Assembly (NCBI GenBank): GCA_051294905.1
Contig: CM119372.1
Coordinates: 32,800,001-32,864,000 of the forward strand
DNA length: 64,000 bases
Direction of reading: 5' to 3'
Origin: Botryllus schlosseri
Lineage: Eukaryota
The first letter of the stretch is position 1; every line of letters starts with the position of its first letter. Made by a program: the position numbers and the translations under genes. Shown piece after piece: positions 50,099 to 64,000 of the stretch. The notes beneath the pieces were generated by a model. The model searched no databases, was not told where the DNA came from, and saw only the letters and a program-made list of their open reading frames with translations.

Positions 50099-53000
50099 AT
50101 GGCTTACGACAGTTTCGACGAAAATGGCCAAAAGCTGGGAGGCAAAGGATATTTCTTTACCAAAACAACGATTGCCATCGTATCCTTTCTAGTCGTCGCA
50201 TTACTTATCGCTGAAGGTAAGGGCAAAATTCATTGATACATCGCATGATATAGAAATACGTCTACTTTGTCAACCAAAACAGTCAACCAAAATATAACAT
50301 ATACATGAGTAGCCTACCTCCAAAAAGTCGAAATAATTCTTTACTGATCACTAGTAAAGTTTTTGTAGCACTAAAAACCTGAGAAAGTTGCATTTTTTTA
50401 AAAATTTTATCAAAAGTTGCAGAAGTTGCATTTATACAATTTTTTGAAATCATGAGGGTATGAGATACTCGAAAGGTTCCAGCAGTTTAAAATTTGCATG
50501 GTGTCTGCTTGTTCCGTTTCTTCCTTCGCTATTCAATCGATCATGGTTACATTTCTATTTACATAGGGTTTGAAACCTACATGAAAGCAGCAAGAAAATA
50601 TCGAAAATAATAAGCGATATTCCCCCCAAATCAAATATCACACCCAAACCACCTCCCTAGGTCTGCAAACATGATCCAAGGCTTCCTGGAAAAGGTGACC
50701 CAGTGAAAATATCATTTTCGATCGCATCGATTGGGCGTCCGAGAAATAGGAAGAGACGTCAAATTTGAACGACAGTGAATTAATCAAGCGATCTATTTAT
50801 ATATAGTGCCAAATATTTCCAGACATTGTCGGGGGAGAAATGACGATCGTTTGCCAACAGTTTGTGTGGCATGCTGAAACTTCGTTCCACAGAGCATGAA
50901 GCTGCTTGGCAATTTAACAATTTGGCATACAGTTCTGGACTGGTGTTTGGTTGGGTCATTTCCACAATTGCTTTCAGGTGCCTGTTCAGTTCAAATCGAT
51001 GATCCAAATACAATTTTATTCTTGATGGATCACTGCTAAAGTCAAATGTGTAACCTCTTTCATAGGCTTGAGCAATGCTACATTCTGTGCTCTCTGCTCT
51101 TTTTATTTCATCAACAAGTTGAATATAACATTGACAAATTTCCCTTAGGCTTCTAGGAAGGCTTTCAGCCGTGACTGCTTTCTTCGCTTTCATCACTAAC
51201 AGCCCCGTGCCTTCAAAAGCATTAACAATCTCAAGAACTTGCGGAAGGTTTTTGGCATAGTATTTTGTTGCCTTCAACCAACTTCCCCATCTGGTGACCA
51301 CAGGTTGTGGGGGACTATTGATTGCTGAAAACTTGGCTCTTCGATCATTATTTTTCACCACTGAAGCTTTTACTGCTGCAATTAGGTTATCAACATCCTC
51401 ACAATTATTCCGGATTCGTTGCGCTACATTGTGTAACGCATGAGCTACATAGGTGATGTGAAACACCCTCGGAAATGTTCCTTTAACAACACGACCTGTT
51501 GCTGTCATGTACCTTGCAGCATCTGTGATCAACAGGATAAAATTATCTCTGTCTGTTCGTAGTGTACGTATTGCATCGTCTGCTGCATGTACAATGGTTT
51601 GCTGATTTGGTGATGCGCCAAGAATCTTACAATGCAAAAGATAACTAGTTTGTGGATATTCTATATCTCCGACTAGAGTGTTTAAATATTTGAATCCTGA
51701 AATATCAGATTCCTCAATGACCATGAAAATGAGCTTATCTGATAGAATATTGCAGATTCGATCAACTTCATGTTTACCCATGGTATCAATTCGCTTTCGG
51801 CGTGCTGACTCAGACGGAGATTTTCGTCCAACAAATTTAAATAGAGCCTGTAGGTCAGGATTGTTAAGTTTGTAGAGGGGAATATCTGCTGAAAGGAAAG
51901 CAGCTGTCGCTTTGCCAACATAATCATTCCATTGGAAACTCGTTGCTGGTAGCGGTTGCTGCCGTTGTTGCGATGTTGATGACAGAGCCTTGAGATGCTT
52001 TCTACTCTGACGATGTTTGTCCAGTAGTCCACTGAAAATTTCCTGTCGTGCGAGACAATTGTGGAGCACTGTGTGCAAAATAGTTCTCCGCGGGCACTGA
52101 CCATGAGTTCCGCATCGTAGCGTGCAACGTAGGCTTGCGCCTTGGAAAGTGACGATTTTGTTTCTTTTGGCAATCTTGTATAAATGTTAATAATTTCTAT
52201 TGTATGATATTGAGATAATACAATTTTTTTGAACAGTATCTAAAATTCATAGTTATTCTTTGTAAGTTACCGACGACTCGCAGAGTAACTTCACGGAAAA
52301 GGTATCGGTAGCCCAAGACTCACGTAGACAATAAGGAGATTTCAATCACTCCGTCCCTGGAACAAGCTATACGCATCTTCGGCGACGGCTAGCTATCGTC
52401 ACAAACTAAAGTTACAATAACTATTTACACAAATGCCCAAGTATGATAACTGGAATCGGTTGAGTAGAGTGACACCAATTTCAGATGCGTCAAAACTTTT
52501 GATATCTCTAGCCTGCAACACATCTTCTGATCGCAAACCAAAATCAATAACGCCGCTTGAGTCTGTTCGCAACCAGTATGCTGTATGTATTTTAATCAAC
52601 TTCGTCCGCGTCCTCAGTCTTGATCCAGTATGACATCACAATCGCAGTAGACGTAATGGTTCCGGCCGGCGAGTCGGATATCATATTTCTACAGAGCAGG
52701 AGAGGGCAATTACAACATTTCGCGGGTGTAGAAATCAACATCTTTGGTATCGAGCTCCCGGTCTTGTCGTGTCGCGTCGCGTTTTCTAATTACTCACGTT
52801 TCATCAATGTGTTGATAATTTGCTCACGTAAGCAGTAGCACGTCAACAAAATACTTTGCTTATTTCCGAATCTCACAATTTACCAGTTAGTTCAGGGAGT
52901 TTCACGACTAACGGAATAGTGGGTATGCCGCATACCCGAAAAAATTGCTAGGTAAACACGGCATACCCAGTATACCTGCGTCCGGCGCCTATGGTGGGCC

Positions 53001-56000
53001 GCATTGTCACTTGAAATCCATTAATTTAGTCTTACTTATAGTTTTATAGCATATTCTGCGCAATACTTGAGAAAAGTTGCAGAAAGAAGTTGCATGAAAA
53101 ATATAGACAAAAGTTGCAAAATGTTGCAACATAAAACTCCTCCAAACAGATTAAAACACCATACTACATACATTATGAGTATTTACGAAGCTTCCAGAAG
53201 CTGTAAAAAAAGTTGCAAAAGTTGCAAAAACTTGCCCTACTGATCACATGTGCAGTATCATAACAACAGCAACGGCAATCTATACAAAAACTACTATTTG
53301 AAAAACGTAAGAACGGTGAAGCGCAAGTACTAATATATTAAAATTGGAGGTAGGAATAATTGAAAACCAACTTCACTCGCGTCAGTGTAATGTAGTGTAT
53401 GTAGAGGAAGTATACTTGACTACTCCTAAAACGTCCCACGGCCGGTCGTCTCTTATTCATAACTTATTCGTATATTGTAATATGTATTCGTGTTATGAAA
53501 TTATTAAAAGGGATGATTTGAGCATGAAATACCTGCTTCAGCTTTTTAATCTTGTTTAAGGTCTGATTATTGGTTTGGCTGGCAGACCAGAATGCGAGGT
53601 CTGTGGTCCTATCGATGCAACAACAACGAAACCAACTACCACTACATCTAGCACCACAACGTCGACGACAACAACGACAACTAACGAAATGTCAACGACC
53701 ACAGCTGAAAGTGTAAGTGAATCTTATAGCGAATATTTTTCATATTACATCGTAGTTCAAATGCTATGAATTGCGTGTTCAATTCAAATTCGAGTGAAGA
53801 CTGGTACTGGTACATACTGGTACATACTGGTACATACTGGTACAAAATAGGATGAAAGCAGAAATAATATAATGTAGACTTTCAGTCCTTGATCCAGGCT
53901 TGTAATCAAGTCACAAGGTTCCGAGTTACAAGTCAATCTTACTGTTATAGTTTTGACTCAAGTCGAGTCATTTTCAATTCACCACCGAGTCAAGTCTGTG
54001 TCCAAGTCAGTGAGTCGAGCTCTAGTCCGAGTCATAGTGTTATGACTCGAGTCCGAGTCCAAATTATTTTGTTCACTGTTCAGTTGTGAGTTCAATCCGA
54101 TTCAACTCACTTTTTTCTACTCTGCTGGAGGGATGGCTTACATTCATAATATCGTAATTTTCCTCAGCCATAACAGTTTCAGACCTTATTTCCCAAGTAT
54201 CAGTACTGACATATGAAATACCAATAATGTGCTGACTTTACTATTCTTCGAAGTTACCATGATATGTCTGTCTTGACCATCCTAGTCTCGAGTCATATGA
54301 CTTGATTCGAGTCATGCGAAATGACTCTAGTACAAGTCGAGTCAATGCACAAATGGACTCAAGTCAAGTCGAGTGATTTTACGCGTCTGAAAAAATGACC
54401 CGAGTCAACTCGAGTCATGACTAGAGTCATTACCACACTGCCTCGGTCCTATCTAACTTTCCGATGTGGATGGCTACCATCCTCCAGGCTTAACTGAATC
54501 GAGTGACCAGCAGATTTAAAGGATATATGGCCACGAATGCAGGTACATCTATATACACAGCAACCAATTCATGTCGGATCAGCATAATATTTCCCTGTTA
54601 CCGGCTACCGCAAGACAGCGACAAGCCGATTCATTTCTCCCTTTCTCTCAGCATGCTACACAGTACACATGACTGATCTTGCCACCAGCGGCCACACAGG
54701 GTGGTTAGTGGGTACACATCCCTCTATTAAATCGGAGTGAACCAGAAGTAGAAAGAGATCACTCACACGTGGCAAGACATCAGCATGGAGCAAGGAAAAG
54801 TATTACAAAATTGGCAAGGAAATGTAGAAGGAGATAATTTCACATACAGCGATAGAGTCAAATTAAACCGGCCACTTATATTGCTGTGAAGCGAAACAGT
54901 TCCATAGTAATTTATCATAGATGTCAGAGAAAGGCATCTGAGGTGATCGCGAAACAGAATCTCTGCTATACAGTTCCATGATTGTGCATGTGCAATGCAC
55001 AATATGCTTCAAACTAACTGTTCTAGAAATATCGACATCTTACATTTCTATCTTCATAGGGACCATGGACTAGCTATCGCATGCCACTCAATCTTATTCC
55101 TTATGAATATGAAGTATCACTCCGTCCTGTCCTCGACCTCGGTCAACCGATCGCATTGAACAATTACGTTTTCTACGGCTCTTCCACAGTCCGATACGTT
55201 TGCGATGTACCGACGAACTACATAATACTGCATTCAAGGTTAGTGAATTATCGCATGTTTGCAGTTAAAGTATTATTGCGTCGTTCACTTGCTATAAACG
55301 GTGTTTAGTTGGTAGATTTCGAGATATTATAGCATATGCTATAGGTGTATATGTGTGAACACGTGATGTGACAATAAGACTCATGAAAATCTCACCTTAT
55401 CTCACCTTAATATGTGCATTTTAACAGTTCGATGTGGTCCGATAGTCATTCTAGTAACCAGTTAATGCTCTTCGTGCAACGCTTATCCCTAATCAAGTGC
55501 AATGGGAAGTAGTGCCTTCAAATAAAAATAGTAAACCTGAAAGGTAATCTAATAAGGAGTTTAGAAAGATACGTTGGAACACGGAATCACGGCACCAACT
55601 AAGATCCATCACGGTGCCTAACGCGGGATAACGAATGGCGTCACAATATAGTTGCATTTTCGAAACTATCCTGTGAACGAGATGCAGGGCCACATCGGTC
55701 TGCTCTTAGATCGTTTTCAGTGGTACCGGGGCCAACGATACGAATATCGTACGCCCTGGTGCACCAATAATGCAAATTTACCAGAAATCTACGGATTGCA
55801 TTATACTTTGACTCCAATACCCGCAGTGATCTCAGCGTCCAGGTATAGTCTAATATCAACAGCACTTGAGCAATTAGTGCAAATAGACAGAGCTTATCTG
55901 AGCACTCACACAGCGTGAAGTAGCCTACTTCATTGCTGACAAATGTGGTCAGTAAAGATGTGCGTCTGCTTCCTCGTAACATTTAAGTGGATTTTTTTCA

Positions 56001-59000
56001 AATGTACTACTTTTCCGAGTGGCTATGTTCTATTTACCATATTTTTATAGCAAAAAGACCTACTTCTCGCAGTTTGGATTTTGTAAGGTGGAAAGTAGTC
56101 TTGGGATAAGCTTGCGTCACTTTTATGAGCGAAATCGTCATGACAACATCGTGAAATTACCCCTGTGGGTCGCGGTAACTGGATTTATAAACGTGTAGAT
56201 TGCACCTATATCGGTAGTGTGATTAATCCTTGCTTAGCCATTTTGTGTTGTGCTTGTTTCGCAGATGCAAGCTGCAATTGAAAATATAGCTTCTTCGAAA
56301 ATACCTGCTACGAATGCGCCTCTCGATCAAATCCATATTTAAACCTACTTACTATGAGTACTTTCTTACCTTTTTTTTTATATAATTACTAGGCGTAGAT
56401 TTGAAATGTCTTGGAAGTCGTTACTTCTACTCGTATTTAGTAGTCCAGTACTTCTACTTGTACTTACGTAGCTCCGCTGAGCACTTTTCCCATATCTGAT
56501 TGTATTGATGAGGCCCATATGCACTGAATAACTGAAGCGTACTGGACGGAACTGGTATTGCGGGATTTCATGCTGCGATCCGTGTTGTGTTCACTATATC
56601 CTTAATGAAATCGATTTTGCAGACTCCTGGATTATACCCTGGATGACTGGTCCCTGACCAAAATCGACGACGGCCTCAGCATAGCGTTGACACGGATGTT
56701 CTTCTACGAACCAAATTACTACGTTATTCTCGAGTCAGAGGCAGCGTGCGAGCAAGGTGCCAGCTACGAATTGGCTCTGGCGGCCTTCACTGGACAGCTA
56801 AGATCGGACAACACCGGGTTTTACAGTAGCGATTACTTTAACAGCGACGGAGAATATGTGTGAGTAGTAGGGTAGATTGTCGTAGATACCGACTGCTCTG
56901 AAAGCGTATTACTTACTTCGTTTGCAAATATGATTTAACCGTTAGTACACAAGCCGGTCCACCGCCAGTCGCACTCCATGATCACCTTTGCTGTCACAAC
57001 TGTTGTACAGTAGCACAATCCGCCCAGTTGCATCAATTTATCAAGCTAACATGATCAATGGTCAATGATCAATGGTATGAAGTGTCGCATATCATTGATC
57101 TAATGTGATTATATTTTTCCCCTGAGTCATGCATGTTTTGGTAGAGGCAAATGACTATTTGCGATGTAACCAAAATGTAACTCCAGCGATCGCAATAAAT
57201 CTTAACATTCACTTGACATGACATATATATTATGACGCCTATGGAGTCAATACTGGGACCCCAAAAAAATCCACATTTAGTTTAAGCTTACTATCCAGTG
57301 TCAGAGAGGATTCTATGTTCATGCCTAGCTTGTACAATGTAGGCCTACATGTACTGTACATGCACAGTACATTGAACACATATCTCAAAGATGCGGCGAA
57401 GGTGTGAACGCATATTGGTCCGGGTCCTGTACAAATGTGAATGCAGATACAATCCCACTCCGGAAAAACTTGCCACACTCCTACCTGGTTATTATTTAAA
57501 ATTACAGTAGTATAGTAGTACATATTACGGTATTTATTATTACAGTAGGCTTAATTGAATTCAGTACATATAAGCCTGTACAGCATCGTTATAACGTATA
57601 CCTATCCAATAACGCTTTGATTTCAGTGTGATTGCAACTACCCAAATGGAGTCATCCGGGGCGCGGAAGACTTTTCCCTGTTTCGACGAACCGTCTTTCA
57701 AGGCTCAATTCGTGATCAAGCTCTGGCACAAAACGAACAGCGACTATTTATCATTGTCCAACATGCCGGTTCAAGGCACTAGGGTGCGTACAATTGAGAC
57801 TTGCATACTTCGTACGTGACGTCACCACGCATATTAAATTTGAAATCTCCCGCTCCGAAGGCTCGATGATCCCGTAGCCTTCGGATTCTCTAGGCTACTA
57901 CGTTAGAAGAGCGCAGTCTTTCACATGGTTAGCGCATATATCACAAAATGAGTAATGGCATCAGCTTGTGCCTGAAGAAAAGTGCAAACGTTTCCTCTCT
58001 CGAATAGCTCGACCACCAAAGGTCCGGATTGTCTCAGATTCATTCCTGTCTTAATGCAAGTGCAAGACTCTCATAGGCTTTAAAAAATTGCTTGAAACTA
58101 TATGCACAATTTTCCATCACTTGAAGATACTATTTACTCTAGTTATTCGTTCTTTGGCTTTCCGAATTATTGCTCACAATTTCACACAATAAGCACCTGC
58201 ACCTTGATAACGGCTGAGGGATAAAATTAGACAGCGACAATTCTCAAGTAAATGTTGGGTTTACGCGGCAAATTTCCGCTCAAGTATACAGACGTAGAAA
58301 TTTCTATGACTTGTCAAAACTACATTATTCGAAAGTAGAAAACGATATTTCTAAAATTTACTGAAGTACAAGTAGTTTTAAAACGTGGATTTTCTCGAGG
58401 GGTCACATACTTTGCTCAGGTCATCTGAGGGTCTATAGTCTATACATTCGAAGTTGCAAGATGTACGACTAACACTAAATGGTTACTGGCACTATGAAAA
58501 CAAATATTCGCAAATACATATTGAGTTACCTTGATACAAGGGTTATTTAATATAAAGTTCTTACGGTAATTTCGTTCATACATGAGATGCAAACTTATAA
58601 AGAAACTTTATTTATACTTTTCGAAGTCCCACTCATAATAAATAAATATTTCCTAAGAAATTCAATAGTTGTAGTGAAAGTAGTGTAAAAAGATAACTAC
58701 TTGCGTTCTGCAATGAAGCAGAAGTACATCGTCACTGATCACTTCCGGGTAAGGTCCTTTCCCACTGACCAGATGGTCGCTTCGAGTCTGTACATTCTGT
58801 GCAACAGGGTCGGCAGCCCCTGGCACGCGTGTCACGTGAATCAATTTCTTCCAAGCCAAGAAACGAATAAACACACTCCTGAAATATTTTAGGAGGAGAC
58901 AATCGACGGGGTACTATGGACGGAGACTACATTCGATCAAAGTGTCGTAATGCCAACGTATTTACTTGCGATGGTAGTGAGTGATTTTGGAGCGGTTCAA

Positions 59001-62000
59001 AACAGAACGTCGGACGGTTTGGTGCAGGTAATTACTACACTTGCATATCAGCATGACGTTGCTACAAATAAGTGCAATCTCAAAACAATATTCCGTTATG
59101 TGATACGTATGCTTGGACCGGGCAGCGAAAGCCGTGTTTGCCCATCAATTTTCGTATCGGACATCGTGTTTCACTGCTGCCTCACAATATATTCATGATT
59201 TCATGTTATGACAGGACAAATTTCTCTCCCCATCATCACAAATGAACTGTTCTCCTGAGTAGGGTTTATAACAGGGTCTACAACATTCCATAATGCAGGT
59301 TTAATGTTATGAATTCCAAGCAACCTTTCGCGGGCCGCACAGAATGGCTTCACGAGGCGCATTTGGCCCGCGGGCTGCACTTTGCCCAGCTCTGGTCTAT
59401 ATCCATATTAACTGGTAGTTAGGCGATTTATCTCCGGAAAATGATGTGAAAGTATATATACATCGACGAAGTACTGTCTGCTATACAATATATCAACTAG
59501 TAAAAGTAAATAGGTTCTTTCGGAACACCGCTAATAACAGGGATTGGCAGACTTTTTTAGCTCACGGTCCGCATTCAACATCTGAATCTATTCGCGGGCC
59601 GCACTATAAAAAAATTGAGATACTGAGCCAAAATTCAATATTGGTATTTGACTATATAATGACCAACGACATGGAAATAATATAATTGTAATTGTATGTT
59701 TAAAACAAACCAAACATTTGATGAAATTCGGTTGTCTCGATTCTTAGAACTGGATGTAAATTTGAGTCTGTAAGCACCGATCTTTTCATAGATTTGCTGG
59801 TAAAACTTTTGGTTTAAGTCCAGGACACACAATGCTGACAGTATGATAACGATGTTACCTTTAAATACGATTCTACAATATATCAATATTATAGATATAA
59901 ATACTTCTACACATACAAAGAACGAATCTATCTAACATACTCGCGAATCAGTTTTCCAAGTACAGAATTAAAAGCAATAAACTTCCTCGTGTTGTCAATC
60001 TAAAAATTACACTCGTGGTCCGAATTATGGTAAGTCATTTACGTTTCACTTTCTGTGATGCTTAGGAATTGAAACCTTTCAAAATGCTTAGATATCGAGG
60101 TCGGGCTTTCACGCCACCAATGGAATAGAAAAAATACTAAATTAGGATATAAGTTACTATCATGTTGAATTAGTTTAATAAAAGTGTAATCAAGTACCCA
60201 GAGTAATTGTAATTTTAGTACGCATTTCATCAATATATTTACAACGCTTCTTGAGGCTTTCACGGGCCGCACAAAACGGTGTCGCGGGCCGTAGTTTTAC
60301 CACTCTAGCTATCAGAATACTATAGCTGACTATGCCCATAAAAGGTATGGTATAATTCACTCATAAGCCGGGAATATTTACAGACCAGAGCTGGGCAAAT
60401 ATCTTTCCCATGGGCGAAAAGCGAAGCCGATAATATGTTGTCGGGCCGAGCCCAAAGTTTAAATTATATTCTGGGGCGAATTAATTTACTTCTAAATTGA
60501 AAGCAGTGAATTACTTAGTTTACACAGGCAGCTATGTCGATGTGTTGATATTGGATAATGATAATAGGAACATTATTATACAAAAATTAGTGTTTATTCA
60601 GTGTCATTATTCCAAACGGTGATCAACATGAAACATTTCCAACTCTTTTTTATTCACATTAACCCCATAGACACTTCTTTCTACTAAGGCACCAAAACGT
60701 ATTTGTTTTGTGATATTGCAGATAAAGAGCTGGCCTTGCAGTCGATGCAACCCGAGTTGTGCGTAGCTTGATGTAATAGCCTTGTGGATCTGCTAGCTTC
60801 ATTAACAGGTCTTTCGAAATTCGCGTTCTCTCAGCCTCTGACGAGAGCCTGTATTTCGCTGGGTGTTGTTCCTCATAAAGCAGACTCAAATTATACTCAT
60901 GAACGCAGACCACATGATCATCCCAAACTAAACTAAAAAGACGAGTTTACCTCTTAACTTCAGGAAACAAATATTTTGTACCCCTAATCTTCTTGACATT
61001 TCGGCATTCAGCCTCCCCCTTCCTTATTTGACATGACATTTCATGAGTGACGACGACACCTGATCATGATTATGTGCATTGATTGACTAGTTTTATAAAT
61101 CAGGGGTTGTAAACGTTTAAAGGACAAACTGTTTAATTTATAATGTACCAGTTGCAACAAAAACAGTTTTAACTATACTATATGGAAACAGTGAGTACTG
61201 AATTTAAATCTTGTGACAAACTTTGCTGTATATTGGCTTTATTTTGAACCTGGATTACGCATACGACGTACGTGCGCTACGTGATCACTGATCACGTTAC
61301 ATAAATAAACAAGCTTCAGAGTAAACGCGTGTCCAATTTGATTCAAACATCCTATGGTTTTAGTCTACGCATTACGTTCAAAAATATAGGTTTGATGTTC
61401 TAAAGTCCAATCAGCTCTTAGCGGACTGGATTTGGCCCGCGGGCAATAAAATACCTAGGTCTGTTACGAACTATATTATATATATTTACATAATAGATAG
61501 TGTATATACCAGTCAAGTTATTTTGAACGCTTACCCCTGCAATTCGTATACTGATTGCATAGTGTTTTTGTAGACGAACATATATGCAAGGAAAGAATAC
61601 ATCAGCGCTGGAGAGGCGGACTATGCGGCAATCATCACCCCTGCTCAATTAGATTTTTTCGAGGACTATACCGGGATAATATATCCGCTCGCGAAATCAG
61701 GTGCTTTACGACCACCAATTGTTTTGATTGAATATGGTACATTTTAGAAACTTTTTATTTATTAGATCCTTGCCTAAACGGCAAATTTGTTTCCGGTGAT
61801 CGGCAGCTCCGTTACATAGGCCTGTCCGTCATTGGCATACTCGGGTTTATTCGTCAAGTAAATACCACATTTTACCAACATCCTGGTACTGACCCGAAGT
61901 AAACCTACACATCATTCTTACGGGGTGTTATGGGGAAACTTCTCAGGGTTAGGGGATATTGTAAAAATCGTATCGTCCTGCGGCATATAGCAAAAAACAA

Positions 62001-62517
62001 TAGTCGTCATTTACAACTTTCATACTCGTGCTCATAAACTTTACCAATATACCAGTGAAGTGTTTCACGAATCGATGTGACTGTATTAGTCAGGACGTAT
62101 TAAGCGTAGATTTAGCATCGAGAAATTTAATATTAAAGTTTTATTTTTAATTTTGAAATCGTATCAGAATTTGAAGTTGAATTACAATGTTTTTTATGTT
62201 ACATTTGAACACGTTCGATACAGGCCACACCTGCCGCCATGCATTATGACGTGATATAAAATAATATGGCCGAGTATTTGGATTTGCAGGTTTCAAACCC
62301 TATATTTTTGCTTCAAAAAGCTCGTATCTGAAAATTAAATTTAATCACTAATAATTTTACAGATCAGATATGTGTTCCGGATTTCGCTGCGGGGGCCATG
62401 GAGAACTGGGGACTTGTCATTTACAGAGAAGAATATTTGATGTACAACGATACGTCGACATCTGACAGATACAAGATCTTCATCACTTCCATCATAGGCC
62501 ACGAATTGGCTCATCAG
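50099..62517 (+). CDS. ANPEP-like: Aminopeptidase N-like M1 metallopeptidase, tandem paralogue copy B (first 8 exons; gene continues past the window end)
   Basis: Exons 50099-50216, 53561-53712, 55060-55238, 56623-56859, 57627-57783, 58893-59027, 61574-61700, 62363-62517. Intron positions and phases are the same as in copy A, with no stops or frameshifts. Contains ARKTFPCFDEP, GAMENWG and HELAHQ. Exon 9 (WFGN..) was not found before 64000. Confidence 0.93.
50352..53239 (-). mobile_element. 2.9-kb hAT transposon in intron 1 of aminopeptidase copy B
   Basis: Perfect 8-bp TSD CTGATCAC (50344-50351, 53240-53247). Right TIR reads TAGGGCAAGTTTTTGCAAC on the minus strand; the left TIR is degenerate (TAGTAAAGTTTTTGTAGC). 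AAGTTGCA subterminal repeats at both ends. Confidence 0.92.
50780..52173 (-). pseudogene. Disabled hAT transposase with an N-terminal CGGBP1-like zinc finger
   Basis: The ORF from 52173 (LFCTQCSTIVSHDRKFSVD) joins the ORF ending at 50780 (KHRQSRKH..LSADIPLYKLNNP..LITDAARYM..AHALH..VTRWGSW..SCSVERSFS) if 8 nt at ~52019-52031 are removed. It starts with TTG, and has IEES in place of IDET and HITYVAH in place of HxTCxAH. Confidence 0.88.
53800..53843. repeat. Short tandem repeat (ACTGGTACAT)n
   Basis: About four copies of a 10-bp unit. Confidence 0.85.
53895..54440. mobile_element. GACTCGAGTC-rich MITE (inverted relative to 27017-27600)
   Basis: CAGGCTTGTAA / TTACCACACTG. TSD CCTTGATC/CCTCGGTC (6/8). 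Colinear with the reverse complement of the 27017 copy. Confidence 0.82.
59538..60307. mobile_element. Old hAT Charlie-like MITE (GCGGGCCGC subterminal motifs)
   Basis: CAGGGATTGGCAGAC start and GGGCCGTAGTTTTACCACTCTA end. The TSD is poorly conserved. Confidence 0.5.
60386..61463. mobile_element. Old hAT Charlie-like non-autonomous element
   Basis: CAGAGCTGGGCAA / TACCTAGGTCTG ends. TSD TTACAGAC/TTACGAAC (6/8). Confidence 0.6.
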
Positions 62518-63365
62518 GTTTCAACATAGCATTGCAATAATACTGATACTGATTATGCGAAAATGTATTCCCGAGCTGGGAAATGGGAAATATATTCCCG
62601 CATAATTTTCCTATCGTATCATACCGAATTACGTGTCGTAAAATCGAAGTTGCTACCTCGATGACGTTTAGCGAATATATTCAACTACTTGATAATATTA
62701 TCTCGCATTCAGTTCGCTTATGGGTATGAAACGAGCGTGGTGACCTGGAAATCTTTCATTTACACTTTGGTTTCCATAGCGATTATCTGTTCGTTGACTT
62801 TCATATACTTCCACTTGTTCACGCATTTTCTTTTCCTGTTTAGTTTGTCATGATATCGGATGAATCGCTTCGATTTCAACAGATGCGGAATTGAATACTA
62901 ATTCTTACAATAACTCTAGAACGAAACTGGCCGTGCTACAGTCGGCAGATCGGTAATCATAATAAGGAATATTAGACCTGTGTAAACTGACCAGTGACAA
63001 TATAACACTCAATATGTGCTGACAGTGGTCCTTTCCCGTTGAATATTTTGATACGGTTGGGTAACATCACTCTAGACCAGAGTCTAGTCTCTGTAATCAC
63101 TATGTTACAGGTAATGATTTTGCACTTTATTTTGAAACTGAGTAAACTTTCATTTATTAAGAACATGAATCCTTGCCGAAAGGCAACATGCAATAAGGTA
63201 TCCAATTAGGTTCAAAAGCTAGTTTTACCCGCACCTACTTCTAGGAAGAGTAACCTTTTTCACCGAAGGGAAACAATAAACACAGTGACACATGTGTGAG
63301 ATGCATTCCGAACTTTCGCCACTATGGTCACAGGGCGAGACCCCGTCTGACAGGTATAGCTAGCC

Positions 63366-63490
63366 TAGGGTTGCCATACGTCCGGAATTTCCCGGACATG
63401 TCCGGAATTTCACTGAAAAATCAGCGTCCGGGAGGAATTTCTAAAATATGCCTAAATGTCCGGAATTTTGAAGGCTTGAAGCAGGCTCAA
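63366..63490. mobile_element. Left end of a hAT Blackjack-like element
   Basis: TAGGGTTGCCATACGTCCGG followed by GTCCGGA repeats. The right TIR was not identified. Confidence 0.55.
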
Positions 63491-64000
63491 AAGTTTTTCG
63501 TAAATCAACATAAACAATATTACTTTCAAGCAGATTTATGCTATTCAAAATTGTTCTTCGCGCCGCGCGCGAGTTAATGCAACGTATAATGATATTAGTA
63601 TGAGCACCAGGCACCACCCTCTCCAAAAAATGCAATCAAAAGTAATATAACTAACCATCATTTACTGAAATAAGTCCGATTGTAATCGCAATTATAAGCT
63701 AAAGGTCTATTCCTAGTGTTGGTTGAGGCCGATTGGATGCTTCAATCACAGACAGTGGTTCCAACTCTTGGGGTCGTTCTCCTTTATCTGGGGATCGCGA
63801 TGATGTTGGACGTAATCAACTTCCTAGGCCGTGAGTAAGTTTGGGCAAGCTGAATTTTTTTAGTAATCAGCTAATCAAGTTTTGAACTTTGCCACGGAAC
63901 ATTTGCAAGTGGGAAAAGAGGTCGCGACCATAAAAGGTTGGAAATCACCGGATGTGCAACCTACTGGTGCATTTCATAGTAGCCTAATATATATGGAAGA

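Noticed and set aside
50780..52078. Domesticated CGGBP-like host gene (432-aa ORF)
   Set aside because: It retains TIRs and a perfect TSD, is absent from the paralogous intron, and has lost its start codon, frame and catalytic-type residues. It looks like a dying TE copy.
52399..52838. Second ORF or captured gene inside the hAT element
   Set aside because: Only short, stop-interrupted frames with no recognisable motif.

Overview
Eukaryotic (animal, AT-rich) genomic DNA with many ~60-nt introns; a marine invertebrate such as an ascidian is plausible but cannot be proven from this window. Three spliced + strand genes can be reconstructed by hand. The first is the 3' part (6 exons, 652-5886) of an SLC5A5/6/8/12-type sodium:solute symporter. 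The second is a complete 23-exon, ~993-aa type II membrane M1 aminopeptidase N-like gene (14791-40704) with GAMEN, HELAH-x18-E and the catalytic Tyr, and one clear plus one probable GC-AG intron. The third is the first 8 exons of its tandem paralogue (50099 to beyond the window end). Introns and intergenic DNA are packed with transposons: many hAT-type MITEs with 8-bp TSDs, a 2.9-kb decayed hAT with a CGGBP1-like zinc finger, decayed hATm and Chapaev3 elements, and two or three tRNA-derived SINE families. The most unusual signals are two Penelope-derived fold-back insertions, each carrying an inverted pair of minimal hammerhead ribozyme motifs (8178-8718 and 47080-47357), and a 31-bp TIR-only micro-element with a 7-bp TSD whose empty site is visible in a sister MITE copy. 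Most short ORFs in the ORF track are noise. All alignments were done by eye and family assignments rest on recalled motifs.
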